From assembly GCA_964016885.1 (NCBI GenBank), contig OZ024743.1:128526001-128590000 (forward strand): a stretch of 64,000 nucleotides of DNA, in the 5' to 3' direction. Below, piece by piece: positions 27,177-40,243 of the stretch (position 1 is the first letter of the stretch; each line of letters opens with the position of its first letter). Source of the stretch: Eledone cirrhosa. Lineage: Eukaryota. The position numbers and the translations under genes were made by a program. The notes beneath the pieces are model-generated. The model saw only the letters and a program-made list of their open reading frames with translations, ran no database searches and was not told the origin of the DNA.

Positions 27177-28173
27177 GTACTGCACTCCATTTGTCTCAAG
27201 CAGCCAGGCTTTGAAAATTAAAATCTAGTCAGCTTAATAATTTACTTGTTCTTGTTCAGCTAAGTAAGCCAGGGTTGTATATATACTTAATGAAATGGGT
27301 TCCAGTTGTGACTATATGCATATTTGCTTTGAAAAATTGGAGATACTGTAGAGTAGAAAAGATTCATTAGGTTTACTCAGCACAAGGTTACCTCTCTAGT
27401 ACTGATGCCATGATAAAATGTACCCAGTACACTCTGTAAAGTGGTTGATCAGAGAAAACAGAGTAAAAACATCTCTTCAGTTTTGTCAAGTGCATGACAA
27501 CCTCTCTAGTGCTTAAAATGTACCCAGTACATTCTGTAAAGTTGGCATTAGGAAGGGCATCCTGTTGTAAAACCCTATGCCAAAACTTGGAACATATGAG
27601 TAAAACGTGGTCCTCTGACCCCATTAGAAGGGCACTAATTCTCAATAAGAACAGAATCAGATTGTAACAATTCATTGAACCAATGCCAGCATGGAAATCA
27701 GACATAAAACATGTTCACGCTAAGCTGGAGCCACATCAAGCCGCCGTCCCAATTTTCTAAAATCATGATGCTCTTTTTTTTTTAAATAGAATTAGCCCTC
27801 TCCTCATTTGGTAAAACAAATTTGTTGTGCCATTATTTTAATATGATCGAATGTTTTGATATGTTTATTTCAAATTAAAAATTTGTGGGTTTGTTTTAAA
27901 TATACAATCACAAAGTTTTCGTTTTTGCAGAAAAATGACAATAACCAGCAAATGTTAGAATATAAAATACAAAAATTTCTCAATTCCACTCATAAAACTC
28001 CTGAATTTTTATTCAACCCCCATATAGACGGCTGAACTCTTGTTGTTTCAACAGCACATTCCAGACTCAAAACAGCAAGAGTTCAGCCATCATGCCTCGA
28101 CTCTCTACTATCCCAAGTATCAAGTACTCTGCTGAATAATGGTCTTACTAGTTTAAAACTAGTCTAATATATA

Positions 28174-28501
28174 TAGTGTAGCCCCAGCATTTGCAGTCCC
28201 AGTTATTCGCAGAATTTTCCTCAGAACCTAACTAATAATTATTTGTGGAAACCACCGCATATTCGCAGAACCGTAAATATCTTCTGCAATTGTTTTATGG
28301 CTTTTTTCGTGGCAATATATATTTTTTCACGCTTTTTAACACTAAATTATTAATAACAATATACCATATTTGTCGGCTTATATTTTACGTTATGTTTTGA
28401 TATTTATAGGCATTTTTATAGACCATGTCCAATATTCGCGGTCTTTTACTCTTCGCGGGTGCTCTGGGAACGTAAACCCCGCAAATACAGGGGGACAACT
28501 G
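28174..28501. mobile_element. Tigger/pogo-like MITE
   Basis: TA-flanked imperfect TIRs: TAGTGTAGCCCCAGCATTTGC versus reverse complement CAGTTGTCCCCCTGTATTTGC; internal TATTCGC repeats. Confidence 0.6.
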
Positions 28502-28505
28502 TATA

Positions 28506-29684
28506 TCTCTATATATATAAAACAGAGGATGTTTGTTATTTGTCTGTCTGTAAATCCCTAAAACTCGAAAAGTACTTGACTGATTTTTTAAAACTTTACA
28601 CATGCGTTACTTATATTTCTTGAAGTGCAATGAGCTAAAAACATTTAAACTTTTTCTGCCCTAGGGCCCGCATTAGGCAAAAACCACATTTTAAAGGCAT
28701 TTTTAGGCTATTTTGAGGCTTAACTTAAAGATAATCCAGCCAATTTCCTCGAAATTTGCAGCACACATTAGTTTGTCCCCTTGCATTGCTGTGGACAAAA
28801 AAATGTCCGATTCTATTAATGGTTTCTAGGAAATTTACAAATTAGCATTGGACATTACATACCATTTTCATTTTCAATGTAAACGCTACTTAAACATCGT
28901 AAGTAACGTATAATATTTCGTTAAAAATTTGGTTTATTTAACAGAGGACACAACACTTACTTACTTTTAAGCAGGACCATTTTCGGGGGATTGAAGAAAT
29001 GAGGAGGACCTTAAAATTTTTGTCGTCGCCCTGTTGACGCTTCATGCTTTCATCACGTGCAAATCCGGGCCCTGTGTATGTTGCCGTGTTATCAAACCGT
29101 AAAACTCACATCTGTGCTACTTCTACTAAGGCCCCTTTTGTTGCATTTACACTGCAGTATGAACGCCCTGCGCAAGTACGCCAAACAGTGGTTATGCTAA
29201 TTCCGCGGTGACCCCTTTTGTCGCACCTTTGTTGCTGTGTAAACGCAGTGCAACCAGTGCCGCCCAGCGTTTGTGCTAACTGCACTATGACCCCTTCTAC
29301 TGCAGCTGCGTTGCCACGCTAATTTCGTCATCTCAATATCCCTACTTAAACGTACATCCCTACTTGGTTTTCACTCAATTGACTACGTCGCTCCTTCAGA
29401 CTGATGTGTGTTCCCCATCCGTGACGAAAGTCGTGAACAGATTTACGACATACATCGCCCCACTACACTTACTCCTTTCGCATACAGAATTTCCGCAATC
29501 AGCCCACTGACACTGCTACTACTGGATTCAGCCTGCTGGTGTTCTATGTTTCCAGTAGATGAACAATCATTCCCTGAGAATAAGTGAATTCAAAAAGTAC
29601 ACAGATACATTCCTCAAACTTTGTGCATATGTGTGTTGCTATTTCACATTTCCTACCCCATGCAACGCCGGGTCCTGCTGCTAG
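28506..29684 (+). mobile_element. Non-autonomous Helitron
   Basis: 5' A|TCTCTATATATATAAAA, early TGTCTGTCTGT tract, imperfect 3' subterminal hairpin CCCATGCAACGCCGGG and terminal CTAG|T; inserted between A and T without TSD. Confidence 0.8.
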
Positions 29685-30977
29685 TATATATATATATATA
29701 TATGTCTCCTCATTCTGGGGAAGAACATGAAAAGTTATGGCAACTGATCCTCTTTCCTTGAAGAACTTCTAAAACAATATAGTTAGTACACAGTTAGGAA
29801 AGAATAAAACCTTTTCAAAACAGTTATTCTAAAACAAAAAAAAAATGTCTTTTTAAATTCAATTTTTTTTTTTACTTGTTATGTCTTGGAGAAAGGACAG
29901 TACCTATGCCCCTCACAAGCACCTCCCCCACTCCTGAATTGATGTGATTAATGCTATTGATGTTCCATTTAAACTGTTTTGTCTTGAAATCATTATGAAA
30001 GAAATGAGCAGAAAGAGACTTCCAGTGAGCTATCGTTCTGGTTATAATGGTTAATGCTGGCCTGGGGAATTGAACATGTGTATGATGACAGGAGGATAGG
30101 CAGGTGCATCATAGTGGAGATGGCATGAGACAAGCAAGCCACAAAGGGTCAAGATCCTTGGAGTAGTGGTAGAAAAGGCAAGCTCAGCCAGCTCTGAGGA
30201 TCAGAGACCATTGTAGCAGTAGAAATTTATTTCAATCATTTATATCTAGGAAATGAAAATATTTACTTGTGTATATTTTTACTATGACTAACAAATATGA
30301 TGAGTAACAATGTTCTTTGATCAGAAAACAAAAAGGAGAAATAAAAGAGGCTACAAATTGAATAATTAAGATTGGTAAAACTACAAACAAACTATTAATT
30401 ACCTTCTAATTGATCAGTAAGCAATTGGTTATTAAAATGTTAATGTTAGTAATAACTGCATTACTGCTAATGGGAAGGCATGATACATTTCCTTCTGAAC
30501 ACTACTAGACATTAGATGATTCACTACAGAGATGGAAAGAAGAGTATATGTGTGAGGGAGGGGAGAGAAAGAGAGATTAGAGAGTAAAGAGTTGGGTCGG
30601 GGGAGAAATGCAGTAGAGGATGGAAAAGGAGCTGGTTAGTGGCAGTGAAAAAAAATGAAATCTATTGAATCTAAAGGAGAGCTGCACTTACAATAATTAA
30701 AAACTAATTAATCCCCCTCTCATCTTCCTCAATATCTATTTCATAACCTCCTCTGTCTTATATAGCTCCCCACTCTCTCTCTTCAAGGCTTTTAACAAAA
30801 TTATCATTTAAGAAGAACATTTTAATATTCATTTATGTCCACTCTTGTTAGCAGGGAAAATGGACCTTAAATAATAATGATAATATAATCATCATAATCA
30901 TTATCATCAATAAGGGCTGAAAAAGTATAGAAAACAGTTTTGCTATAGCTTTCTAAAATGCTGTTTATATATATATA

Positions 30978-31140
30978 TCATCATCATCATTTTTACGTTC
31001 GCTTTTCCCTGCTTGCAAGGGTGGGACGGGAACTGATTGTGGCTTGATTTCTACAGCTGGATGCCCTTCCTAACACCAACCTCATTTACAGTGAGTGCAG
31101 GGTGCTTTTTTTCCGTGGCACCTCCACAACCACGTTGCAG
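30978..31140 (-). mobile_element. RTE 3' end fragment
   Basis: (CAT)n then TTTCTACAGCTGGATGCCCTTCCTAACACCAACC core. Confidence 0.75.
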
Positions 31141-31149
31141 TGAAATGAT

Positions 31150-31312
31150 AGGGAACCCAGTCCTATCATCTCATTTCTACAGCTGAGTAAACTGGAGCAA
31201 TGTGAAATAAAGTGTCTTGCTCAAGGAAACAACACATCACCCGGTCTGAGAATCGAACTCACAACCTTTCGATTGCAAGGCGAAATGCTCTAACCACAAA
31301 GCCATGTGCCTC
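31150..31312 (-). mobile_element. tRNA-derived SINE, second family
   Basis: Reverse complement has TGGCTTTGTGGTTAGAGC A-box, GAGTTCGATTCT B-box and the CCTTGAGCAAGACACTTT core. Confidence 0.8.
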
Positions 31313-31490
31313 CATATTATATTTATATATATATATATTATATATATATATATATAATCTATATATCTATATATATCTATATCTATATCTATATATAAAT
31401 CTCTATATATATCTCTATATATATCTATATAAATCTCTATATATATCTATATATATCTATATATCTATCTATATATATATATATATATAT

Positions 31491-34400
31491 ATGATGGATG
31501 GACTAAGGAATTTCTGGAGAGTGTGAAGAATATGGACACTCGATGACAATGCCAAAGATAACGACAAATTCACCTCATGCTGCCGGACGAAGGGGCAAGG
31601 CCCCCCCCCTTTGTTTCGGTCGCGGATGGCCAACATAACCCCAAACTCATTCCCCTCACCCCTCCCTGCGCCCCATCCTCCAAACACAATCCAAAACTTC
31701 AGAGATGGTACCATGAACGTAGGGCACCTTAAAAGGCCGCTCTAACGAGGTTGTAGAATTGCTTGAACGTAAGGAGGTTGATGTTTGCTGTATCCAAGAG
31801 ACCAGGTGGAGGGGCGGGTCTGCTAGATTCATTGTGGGTAAAAAACGTTGCTATAAGCTTTTCTGGGTGGGGAATGACAATGGGATAGGTGGGGTAGGAA
31901 TCATGTTAGCAGAAAAATGGGTGGATAAGAAAATAGATGTAAATGGAGTGAATGACAGAATAATTAAAATAAGACTTGTTCTAAACAGAACTACTGTGAC
32001 AGTAATATCTGCATACGCGCCCCAATCCGGACTGCCTGGCGCTATAAAAGACAGATTCTATGAGATACTGATGCTCACTACCTCCCAAATAACCGACAGT
32101 GACTATATAATTATTGCTGGCGACCTAAATAGTCACGTTGGACAACATTGTGACGGCTATGACGGAATCCACGAAGGCTATGGGTTTGGTACTAGAAACG
32201 AGGAAGGCTCCAGAATCTTGGAATTCTGTGATGCAAACAACCTAACTATCTGTAACACTAACTTCAAAAAACGAGACAATCACTTGATCACCTACAGATC
32301 AGGAGAACATACCAGCCAGGTAGATTATATCCTTACCAGAAAACATGACAGAGTGTCTGTTGTAAACACTAAATCCCTCCCCCGTGGAGAATGCACCTCC
32401 CAACATAGACTGATAATTAGCGACCTCATAGTCAGGACGAGATGTACTAGACAGCAGAAGAGGACTATCCTCAGGAGAAAAATATGGAAGCTAAAGGATC
32501 CCACAGCCAGAAATAAATTTCAAAGCATATTACTTGATGCTTTCGACAGTAAGGAAGAGCAATTAGAGTCGTACAAGGTAGAGGAACAGTGGGAATTCCT
32601 GAAAGCAAACCTGCTGATGGCGGCAGACGAAGTCTGTGGCTGGAGCAGGCCTGTAGGCAGGAGGAGAGTAACATGGTGGTGGAACAGTAAGGTGGAGGGG
32701 TCAATCAAGGCCAAAAAGCAGGCTTGGAAAGCATGGCGGGATGGGGGAAGTAGAGAAGACTATCAAGTGGCCAGGAGGGAAGCTAGGAGACAAGTGTACT
32801 TCGCAAGAAGGCAAGCAGAGGAAAGAAAGTTCCAGCATGTTCTACAACGCGAGGACCAAAAACGTGAGGTGTTCAGGATTGCTAAGCAATGTGTCAAGGA
32901 AAACCGTGATATTGTTGGGGAGAAGTGTGTACTTAACGATGATGGCGTACTTGCCATCACTGACGCTGATAAGAAGGTAGCTTGGAAGTGTCACTACGAA
33001 AGGCTACTAAATGAGGAGAATAAATGGGAGAAAGACAGTCTCCCCACATCGACCCAATAGAGGGACCAGCAGTGTTAGTCGAAGGTAGTATAATAAGTAA
33101 GGCAATCAAAGATATGAAGACGGGTAAGGCGGCTGGGCCTTCGGAAATAGTTGCTGAGATGCTGAAAGCCTCCGGTACGGTGGGACACACCATGGTCAGC
33201 CGGATAGTAAACCAAGTCATACAGAATGGGGTTGTTCCGAAGGACTGGCGTAGCAGCATCATCGTTAACTGTTACAAGGGTAAAGGAGACGCCCTAGATA
33301 GGAGTAACTATAGAGGCATTAAATTAATCGACCAGGTCATGAAGGTCACGGAAAAAGTAATAGCGCAACTAATCAGAGAGAGAATTGATCTAGATGAAAT
33401 GCAGCTCGGGTTTGTGTCAGGAAAAAGTACCACAGACGCTCTTTTCATTGTACGACAACTACAGGAGAAGTACCTAGCTAAAAGTAAACCCCTATACTTA
33501 GCTTTTGTCGACTTGGAGAAAGCCTTCGACAGAGTCCCCCGTTCCATTATCTGGTGGGCTCTTAGAAAACTAGGTGTTGACGAATGGCTTGTGAGAGCCA
33601 TACAAGCCATGTATAAAGAAACAGTCAGCAAGGTTAGAATTAACAACGAATATAGTGAAGAGTTTAGCGTAAAAGTTGGTGTCCATCAGGGCTCTGTTCT
33701 TAGCCCCCTGCTATTTATTATTGCCCTTCAGGCTATAACAGAGGAGTACAATACCGGCTGCCCATGGGAACTCCTATACGCAGATGATCTAACGCTCATA
33801 GCTGAATCAATGGCCGAGCTAGAGAAGAAATTCCAAACATGGAAGCACGGCCTAGAATCAAAAGGCCTTAAAATTAACCTGGCTAAGACTAAAGTTCTAG
33901 TTTGTAGGAAAGAAAATAAGTCGCCGGTCCCCTCCGGGAAATGGCCATGCTCAGTGTGTAGGAAAGGCGTTGGTAGAAACTCCATTTTATGTCCCAAATG
34001 TAAAGTATGGGTGCATAAAAGATGTAGTGGGATCACAGGTAAGCTAACTAAGAACACAGATTTTACATGTGGCCGGTGCTCTGGTGCAATAAGTAGCAGC
34101 AAGTGCCCACAAATACTAGCTCTTTCAACTGCGCAGAGGGTTCTATAGAAATAGTGTACAGCTTCCGTTACCTGGATGACAAAATCAGCAGTGGGGGAGG
34201 GTGCTCTGAAAGTACAGTAGCTAGAGTCAGAACTGGATGGAAAAAGTTCAGAGAGCTTATACCACTATTAGCCGCTAAAGGGTTCTCCCTAAAAATGAAA
34301 GGCAGGTTGTATGATGCCTGCATACAAACAGCAATGTTGCATGGCAGTGAGACCTGGGCATTGTGTGCAGAGGATATACGCAGACTAGAGAGGAACGAAG

Positions 34401-35237
34401 CTTGCATACTCCGCTGGATGTGTAATAGTAATGTACGTGAACAGCAAAGCATAAACGAACTAAGGAAAAAATTAGAAATAAGAGGGATCAGATGTTGTTT
34501 ACTCGAGAGAAGGCTACGTTGGTATGGTCACGTGATGCGCATGAAAGACGACAGCTGTATAACAAAGTGCAGGGCAATAAAGATAGATGGTAGCCACGGA
34601 GTAGGCAGACCCAGGAAAACATGGGATGAGCTGATAAATTCCGACCTCACACACTTACACCTCTCCAAGACAATGTCACTGGACCGAGACCTTTGGCGGT
34701 ACTCAGTAATAGAGAAGACCCACCTTACCTAAATACAAAGTAAAACCTACTACAGTCAGTAGGCATCTCTAACAAAATACACCCCCGTCCCACCACCCTC
34801 ACCCCATCCACACTGCCCCCTTCAATGCAAAGTTATGTTGGTGCCACAACATCCAGGCCGAAACAAATGAGATCGTGTAGGTGTCACGACAAAAAACACC
34901 CAGTCCACGCTGTAATGTGACCGTGTAGGCAACACGGTAAAAACCTCCCAGTCCCACACTGTAAATGTGGTTGGTGTTAGGAAGGGCATCCAGCTGTAGA
35001 AAACACGCCAGACAGTCCACTCTGTAATGTGGCTGTGTAGGCAACACGGTAAAAACCTCCCAGCCCCACACTGTAAATGTGGTTGGTGTTAGGAAGGGCA
35101 TCCAGCTGTAGAAAACCCGCCAGACAGTCTTATGCGAGCACGACATCCACTCTTGCCTCAAGTGGGAAAACCCCCGTCCAAACCCATGCAAGCGTGGAAC
35201 AGGGACGTTAAACGATGATGATGATGATGATGATGAT
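31491..35237 (+). mobile_element. Near full-length RTE-clade LINE, subfamily A
   Basis: Short 5' region, APE-RT ORF, ~500-bp 3' UTR with internal duplication, GTTAAACG(ATG)n tail; flanked by (TA)n on both sides. Confidence 0.95.
31690..34732 (+). pseudogene. RTE ORF: AP endonuclease + reverse transcriptase + PHD-like finger; three 1-bp frameshifts
   Basis: APE motifs CIQETRW, SAYAPQ, AGDLNSHVG, QVDYIL, SQHRL; RT motifs YRGIKL, FVDLEKAFDRVPR, GVHQGSVLSPLLF, YADD; C-terminal [19 protein letters not shown]-track pieces 31759-33060, 33024-34148, 34103-34732. Confidence 0.93.
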
Positions 35238-35288
35238 ATATCTATCTATATATATATCTATATATATCTATATATCTATCTACATATA

Positions 35289-35330
<42 letters not shown>

Positions 35331-35340
35331 TATATATATA

Positions 35341-35476
35341 TCATGATCATCATCATCAACGTTTAACGTCCGTGTTCCACGCTTGCATGGGTTTGGACGG
35401 GGGTTTTCCCACTTGAGGCAAGAGTGATTGTCTTGCTCGCATAGGACTGTCTGGCAGGTTTTCTACAGTTGGATGC
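35341..35476 (-). mobile_element. Inverted short RTE 3' end, tail-to-tail with the long copy
   Basis: Reverse complement of about 35098-35237 across a TA tract. Confidence 0.85.
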
Positions 35477-37687
35477 TATATATATATATATATATATATA
35501 TATCTATATATATATATATATATATATCTATATCTATAACTATATATATATATACATCACCAATTTCAGGGACTTGACTCCTTCTTCCTCCCGTTTGACC
35601 TGTGCAAAATTCTTTCTGACCTAGCATAGGTTAGACGGGTTGTTCTGTTGTGGGCAGTGTCTGGTCGGCTGACCTTGTCTTGCTCATACGGGAACTGATT
35701 CTGGCTTGATTTCTACAGCTGGGCATCCAGCTGTAGAAATCAAGCCAGAAATAGTCAGATACTTTATTGATATAACAATACAACAATAATCCATGCATGG
35801 CTTAGTGGTTAGGGTGTTGGGCACCTTCATGTTGCTTCAGTTTACTTAGCTGAAAATGAATGTAAGGTGGTGTTGGGGTGAAAGTAGGGGTAAGCCTGCA
35901 ACATTCTGTACTCACAGTTACTCAACATCTGGGAAACCCAGATAAACTCTGGTCTTGTGTGTATCTAGGCTCAAGAAAAACTTTTAGCTAAAATTCTTTT
36001 TAGACATTAACAATGAATAGTTCCATTTTGTTCACTGGTCTTTGTAGGCCATTGTTTGTCTCCTGGGGCCATACATTACGTTGTTTTACACCCACTCTAC
36101 ACGGTGAGAGGTAAAGTTACCATATTTCTAATCATTTTAAAAATAATCAAAAATTTAAGTAACTGGTGATTGGAATATAACAATAAAGGTTCTTGCATAA
36201 AATTATGATGGAAGGGTTTTAAATAAATATAAACACTAACTCTTAACATTCTGTGACGATTTAACAGAAAATGTCTCTAAAAACAGTTTGATTAAATCAA
36301 ACTAATATTTTTAGATATTTTTGCTAGTGGACAAATAATTATATTCATGTGAAAATTTTTAGGATGAAAATAATATAATTTTTAAGATGATGCTGTCATG
36401 GTACTGTTTTATACTTCAAGAACGTTTTGCTAATGCGGTTTCATGTGGTACAGGACGTTAAGAATTAATGCGGTTTCATGTGGTACAGGACGTTAAGAAT
36501 TAAAATAAACAGTATTGTATCATAAAACCAGGAGTGGTTTCAGACAGTTTGGCATCAAAAGGGTTAAGAAAGAAAAAATTAGTGTCAACTCAAAACCCAG
36601 TTTACTGCTTCAAATTTGTGTCATTGTAAATAGTTTAAATTTCAATAAATGTATAATTCACAGTGAGCGGGTTACATAGAGATGATGGAGGGAGTGGAGG
36701 TATTGCAGATGGTGGTGTAAGAGGAAGAGTTAGTGGTGTTGGAAGCAATGTTTTAGGAAGAATTGGTGGTGTCAGAGGAGATGGTGGTGTTGTAGGAGGC
36801 TGGGGGTTGATAAAGAAGCTAAATTTGAAGTGAAGTAGCACCCCCTACAATGTCAGTGAGTAATACCAGGACAGCACTAACTGTCAAAAGTAGCTGAAGT
36901 CAAAATGACATTTGCCAATTATTGAACAATGATTCAATTTTTATAAAGAATAAAATATTTAAGAAATAATTTACATAAAAATATTGAAAATTTGAAAAAA
37001 AAACTATGGGTGGAGGAGGGAGTTTATCTGTGTCAGTTTCTTTGAAAAGAAGGGGGAGGAGGTTAAAATAAGAAACAAAGATTACAATGGAAGAAAAAAG
37101 GGAGAAGAATTAAACAGAAAGGAAGAAGAACAAGATGAAAGATGTCACCATTTCACCATTACCTATAAGGGGCTGTGGAGGAGCCTCAGGAGTGTAATTT
37201 GAAGGGCATTTGGCTATTATTTCTAGCATATAATACTCTACTACCTTAAGAAAAGAATATATTGAATAATTCTTATTTTAGTTTAAACAGGGAGGGAAGA
37301 ACAGTGTCTATGGCATTTTCAGAGTCTCCAAGACTGGTAGGGAAAGAAGAAATCTTCAAAGCAGAAGAAACCTGACCCAGGTAGTTGCAATAAACATTAG
37401 GAGATTGTGCTAAATCTACCATTGAAACTAGGCCACGGCAGGGCTTGAACTCAGAACAAACTCTGCATGGCATCTCATATAATGCTCTAACAATTCCACC
37501 AATCCACCACTATGGTGTGGTACTTTATTTTATTGACTCAAAATGAAAGATGAAGTTTGACATCAACAAGATTTGAACTGAGAATGTAGGCAATCAAAAC
37601 AAATACAAGGTATATACATATATACATATACACACACATATATATATATCCCCTACACACCTTTTGAACTCTGTTCCCACACACTTC

Positions 37688-37722
37688 TCACCTGAGGAAG
37701 GGCTTATGCCCGAAACGTCGTC
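37688..37722 (+). ncRNA. Minimal type I hammerhead motif at a PLE-type 3' end
   Basis: CTGAGGA-A-GGGC-TTAT-GCCC-GAAAC-GTC, AATAAA at 37758, within (TA)n; stem I has only 2 bp. Confidence 0.75.
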
Positions 37723-37809
37723 CCCCACCTACCCCCCACTCTCCTGGGCGTGAAATTAATAAACATTTATTGTACTGCCTCTCTGTTTTGTCCCTGTTCA
37801 AATTTTTCC

Positions 37810-37853
<44 letters not shown>

Positions 37854-37926
37854 CACATGTGTGTATGTATATATATACATATATATATATATATGTGTGT
37901 ATGTATATATACATATATATATATAC

Positions 37927-38615
37927 CATCATCATCATCATCGTTTAACGTCCATGTTCTACGCTTGCAAGGGTTTGGACGGGAGTTTTCCCACTTGAGG
38001 CAAGAGTGGTTGTCTTGCTCGCATAGGACTGTCTGGCGGGTTTTCTACAGTTGGATGCCCTTCCTAACACCAACCACATTTACAGTGTGGGGCTGGGAGG
38101 TTTTTACCGTGTTGCCTACACGGCCACATTACAGCGTGGACTGTGTTTTTTTTTTGTCGTGACACCTACACGATCTCATTTGTTTCGGCCTGGATGGCGT
38201 GGCACCAACATAACTTTACATTGAAAGGAGCGGTGTAGATGGGGTGGGGGTAGTGGACGGGGGTGTATTTTCTTAGAGGTGCCTACTGACTGTAGTAGGT
38301 TTCACTTTGTATTTAGGTAAGGCGGGTCTTCTCTATTACTGAGTACCGCCAAAGGTCTCGGTCCAGTGACATTGTCTTGGAGAGGTGTAAGTGTGTGAGG
38401 TCGGAATTTATCAGCTCGTCCCAGGTTTTTCTGGGTCTGCCTACTCCGTGGCTACCGTCTATCTTTATTGCCCTGCACTTTGCTATACAGCTGTCGTCTT
38501 TCATGCGCATCACGTGACCATACCAACGTAGCCTTCTCTCGAGTAAACAACATCTGATCCCTCTTATTTCTAATTTTTCCCTTAGTTCGTTTATGCTTTG
38601 CCGTTCACGTATATT
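37927..38615 (-). mobile_element. RTE subfamily A 3' end
   Basis: [34 protein letters not shown]...DRDLWRYSV, full 3' UTR and (CAT)n tail. Confidence 0.92.
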
Positions 38616-39093
38616 AATTACTATTATACATATATATATATACCTATATATATATATACATACACATACATATATATACCTATATATATATATATATATA
38701 TACATATACATACATATATATATACCTATATATATATATATACATATACATACATATATATACCTATATATATATATATATACATATACATACATATATA
38801 TACCTATATATATATATATACATATACATACATATATATACCTATATATATATACATATACATACATATATACATACATACATATACATACATATATATA
38901 TACATACATATATATACATATATATATACATATATATATATTGTTATGCTTTGGGAGGGTCATGTTGCCAATAAGAAACACACGCACCCGTTGCTTTCAC
39001 TTTAATTTATTATAAATTAAATTTATAAATTTAAGAATTTATAAATTTTCGGTTGGTTGGTTGGTTCCACAACCAGACGATTGTTCATATATT

Positions 39094-39138
39094 GTCACAA
39101 AGTTCTTTCGTCACACATTCTGTGACCTCTTCAGTGAC
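39094..39138 (-). ncRNA. Minimal type I hammerhead-like motif
   Basis: GTCA-CTGAAGA-G-GTCACA-GAATG-TGTGAC-GAAAGAACTTTG-TGAC: canonical core, 6-bp stem II, stem I GTCA/TGAC, weak stem III. Confidence 0.7.
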
Positions 39139-39419
39139 TGGGGATTCTTTTCTTTGTTTTTGTGCCTCTCCTTTGTTCTGTCCTACGCCATCTTGTTTTT
39201 GTGTGTGTTGCGTGCTTAGTTTGCGCATGTGTTACATCCGGGTGTCTGTGTGTGTTTATATTTGTTTATTTATTTGTTTATGTACATGTTACTGGTTGGT
39301 TGTTTGTTCTATGTGTGTGTGTGTTTTTATTTTGTCCTTAATTGTAAGTTGTGATGTTGATATTCAATTCATGTTTTCTATTTAATTTTGGTTGGAGTTC
39401 ATTTATATTTATTATGTTT

Positions 39420-40243
39420 ATAGTGGACAGCTTCCGTTATCGGGGTGACAAAATCAGCAGTGAGGGAGGGTGCTCTGAAAGTACAGTAGCTAGAGTAAGA
39501 ACGGGATGGAAAAAGTTCAGAGAGCTTATACCACTATTGGCCGGTAAAGGGTTCTCTCTAAAAATTAAAGGCAGGCTGTATGATGCCTGCATACGAACAG
39601 CAATGTTACATGGCAGTGAGACCTGGGCATTGTGTGCAGAGGATATACGCAGACTGGAGAGAAACGAAGCTTGCATACTCCGCTGGATGTGTAATAGTAA
39701 TATACGTGAACGGCAAAGCATAAACGAACTAAGGGAGAAATTAGGAATAAGAGGGAGCAGATGTTGTTTACTCGAGAGAAGACTACGTTGGTACGGTCAC
39801 GTGATGCGCATGAAAGACGACAGCTGTATAAAAAAGTGCAGGGCGATAAAAATAGATGGTAGCCTCGGAGTAGGCAGACCCAGAAGAACCTGGGACGACT
39901 TGATAAATTCCAACCTCACACACTTACACCTCTCCAAGACAATGTCTCTGGACCGAGATCTTTGGCGCTACACAGTTATACAGAAGACCCACCTTGCCTA
40001 AGTACAAAGCGAAACCTACAGTCAGTAGGCACCTCTAACAAAATACACCCTCGTCCCACTACCCCCACCCCATCCACACCACCCCCTTAAATGTGAAGTT
40101 ATGTTGGTACCACAACATCCAGTCCGAAACAAATGAGGTTGTGTAGGTGTCATGACAAAAAAACACACAGTCCACGCTGTAATGTGGCTGTGTAGGTAAC
40201 ACGGTAAAAACCTCCCAGTACACACTGTAAACGTGGTTGGTGT
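39420..40243 (+). mobile_element. RTE subfamily A fragment lacking the 3' tail
   Basis: IVDSFRYRGDKISSEGGCSES...DRDLWRY plus 3' UTR that stops at GTGGTTGGTGT. Confidence 0.9.

Noticed and set aside
36635-36870. Pro-rich minus-strand ORF / possible host exon, with a CTCF-like GCACCCCCTAC nearby
   Set aside because: Low complexity, no domain or convincing splice sites; the motif match is partial.
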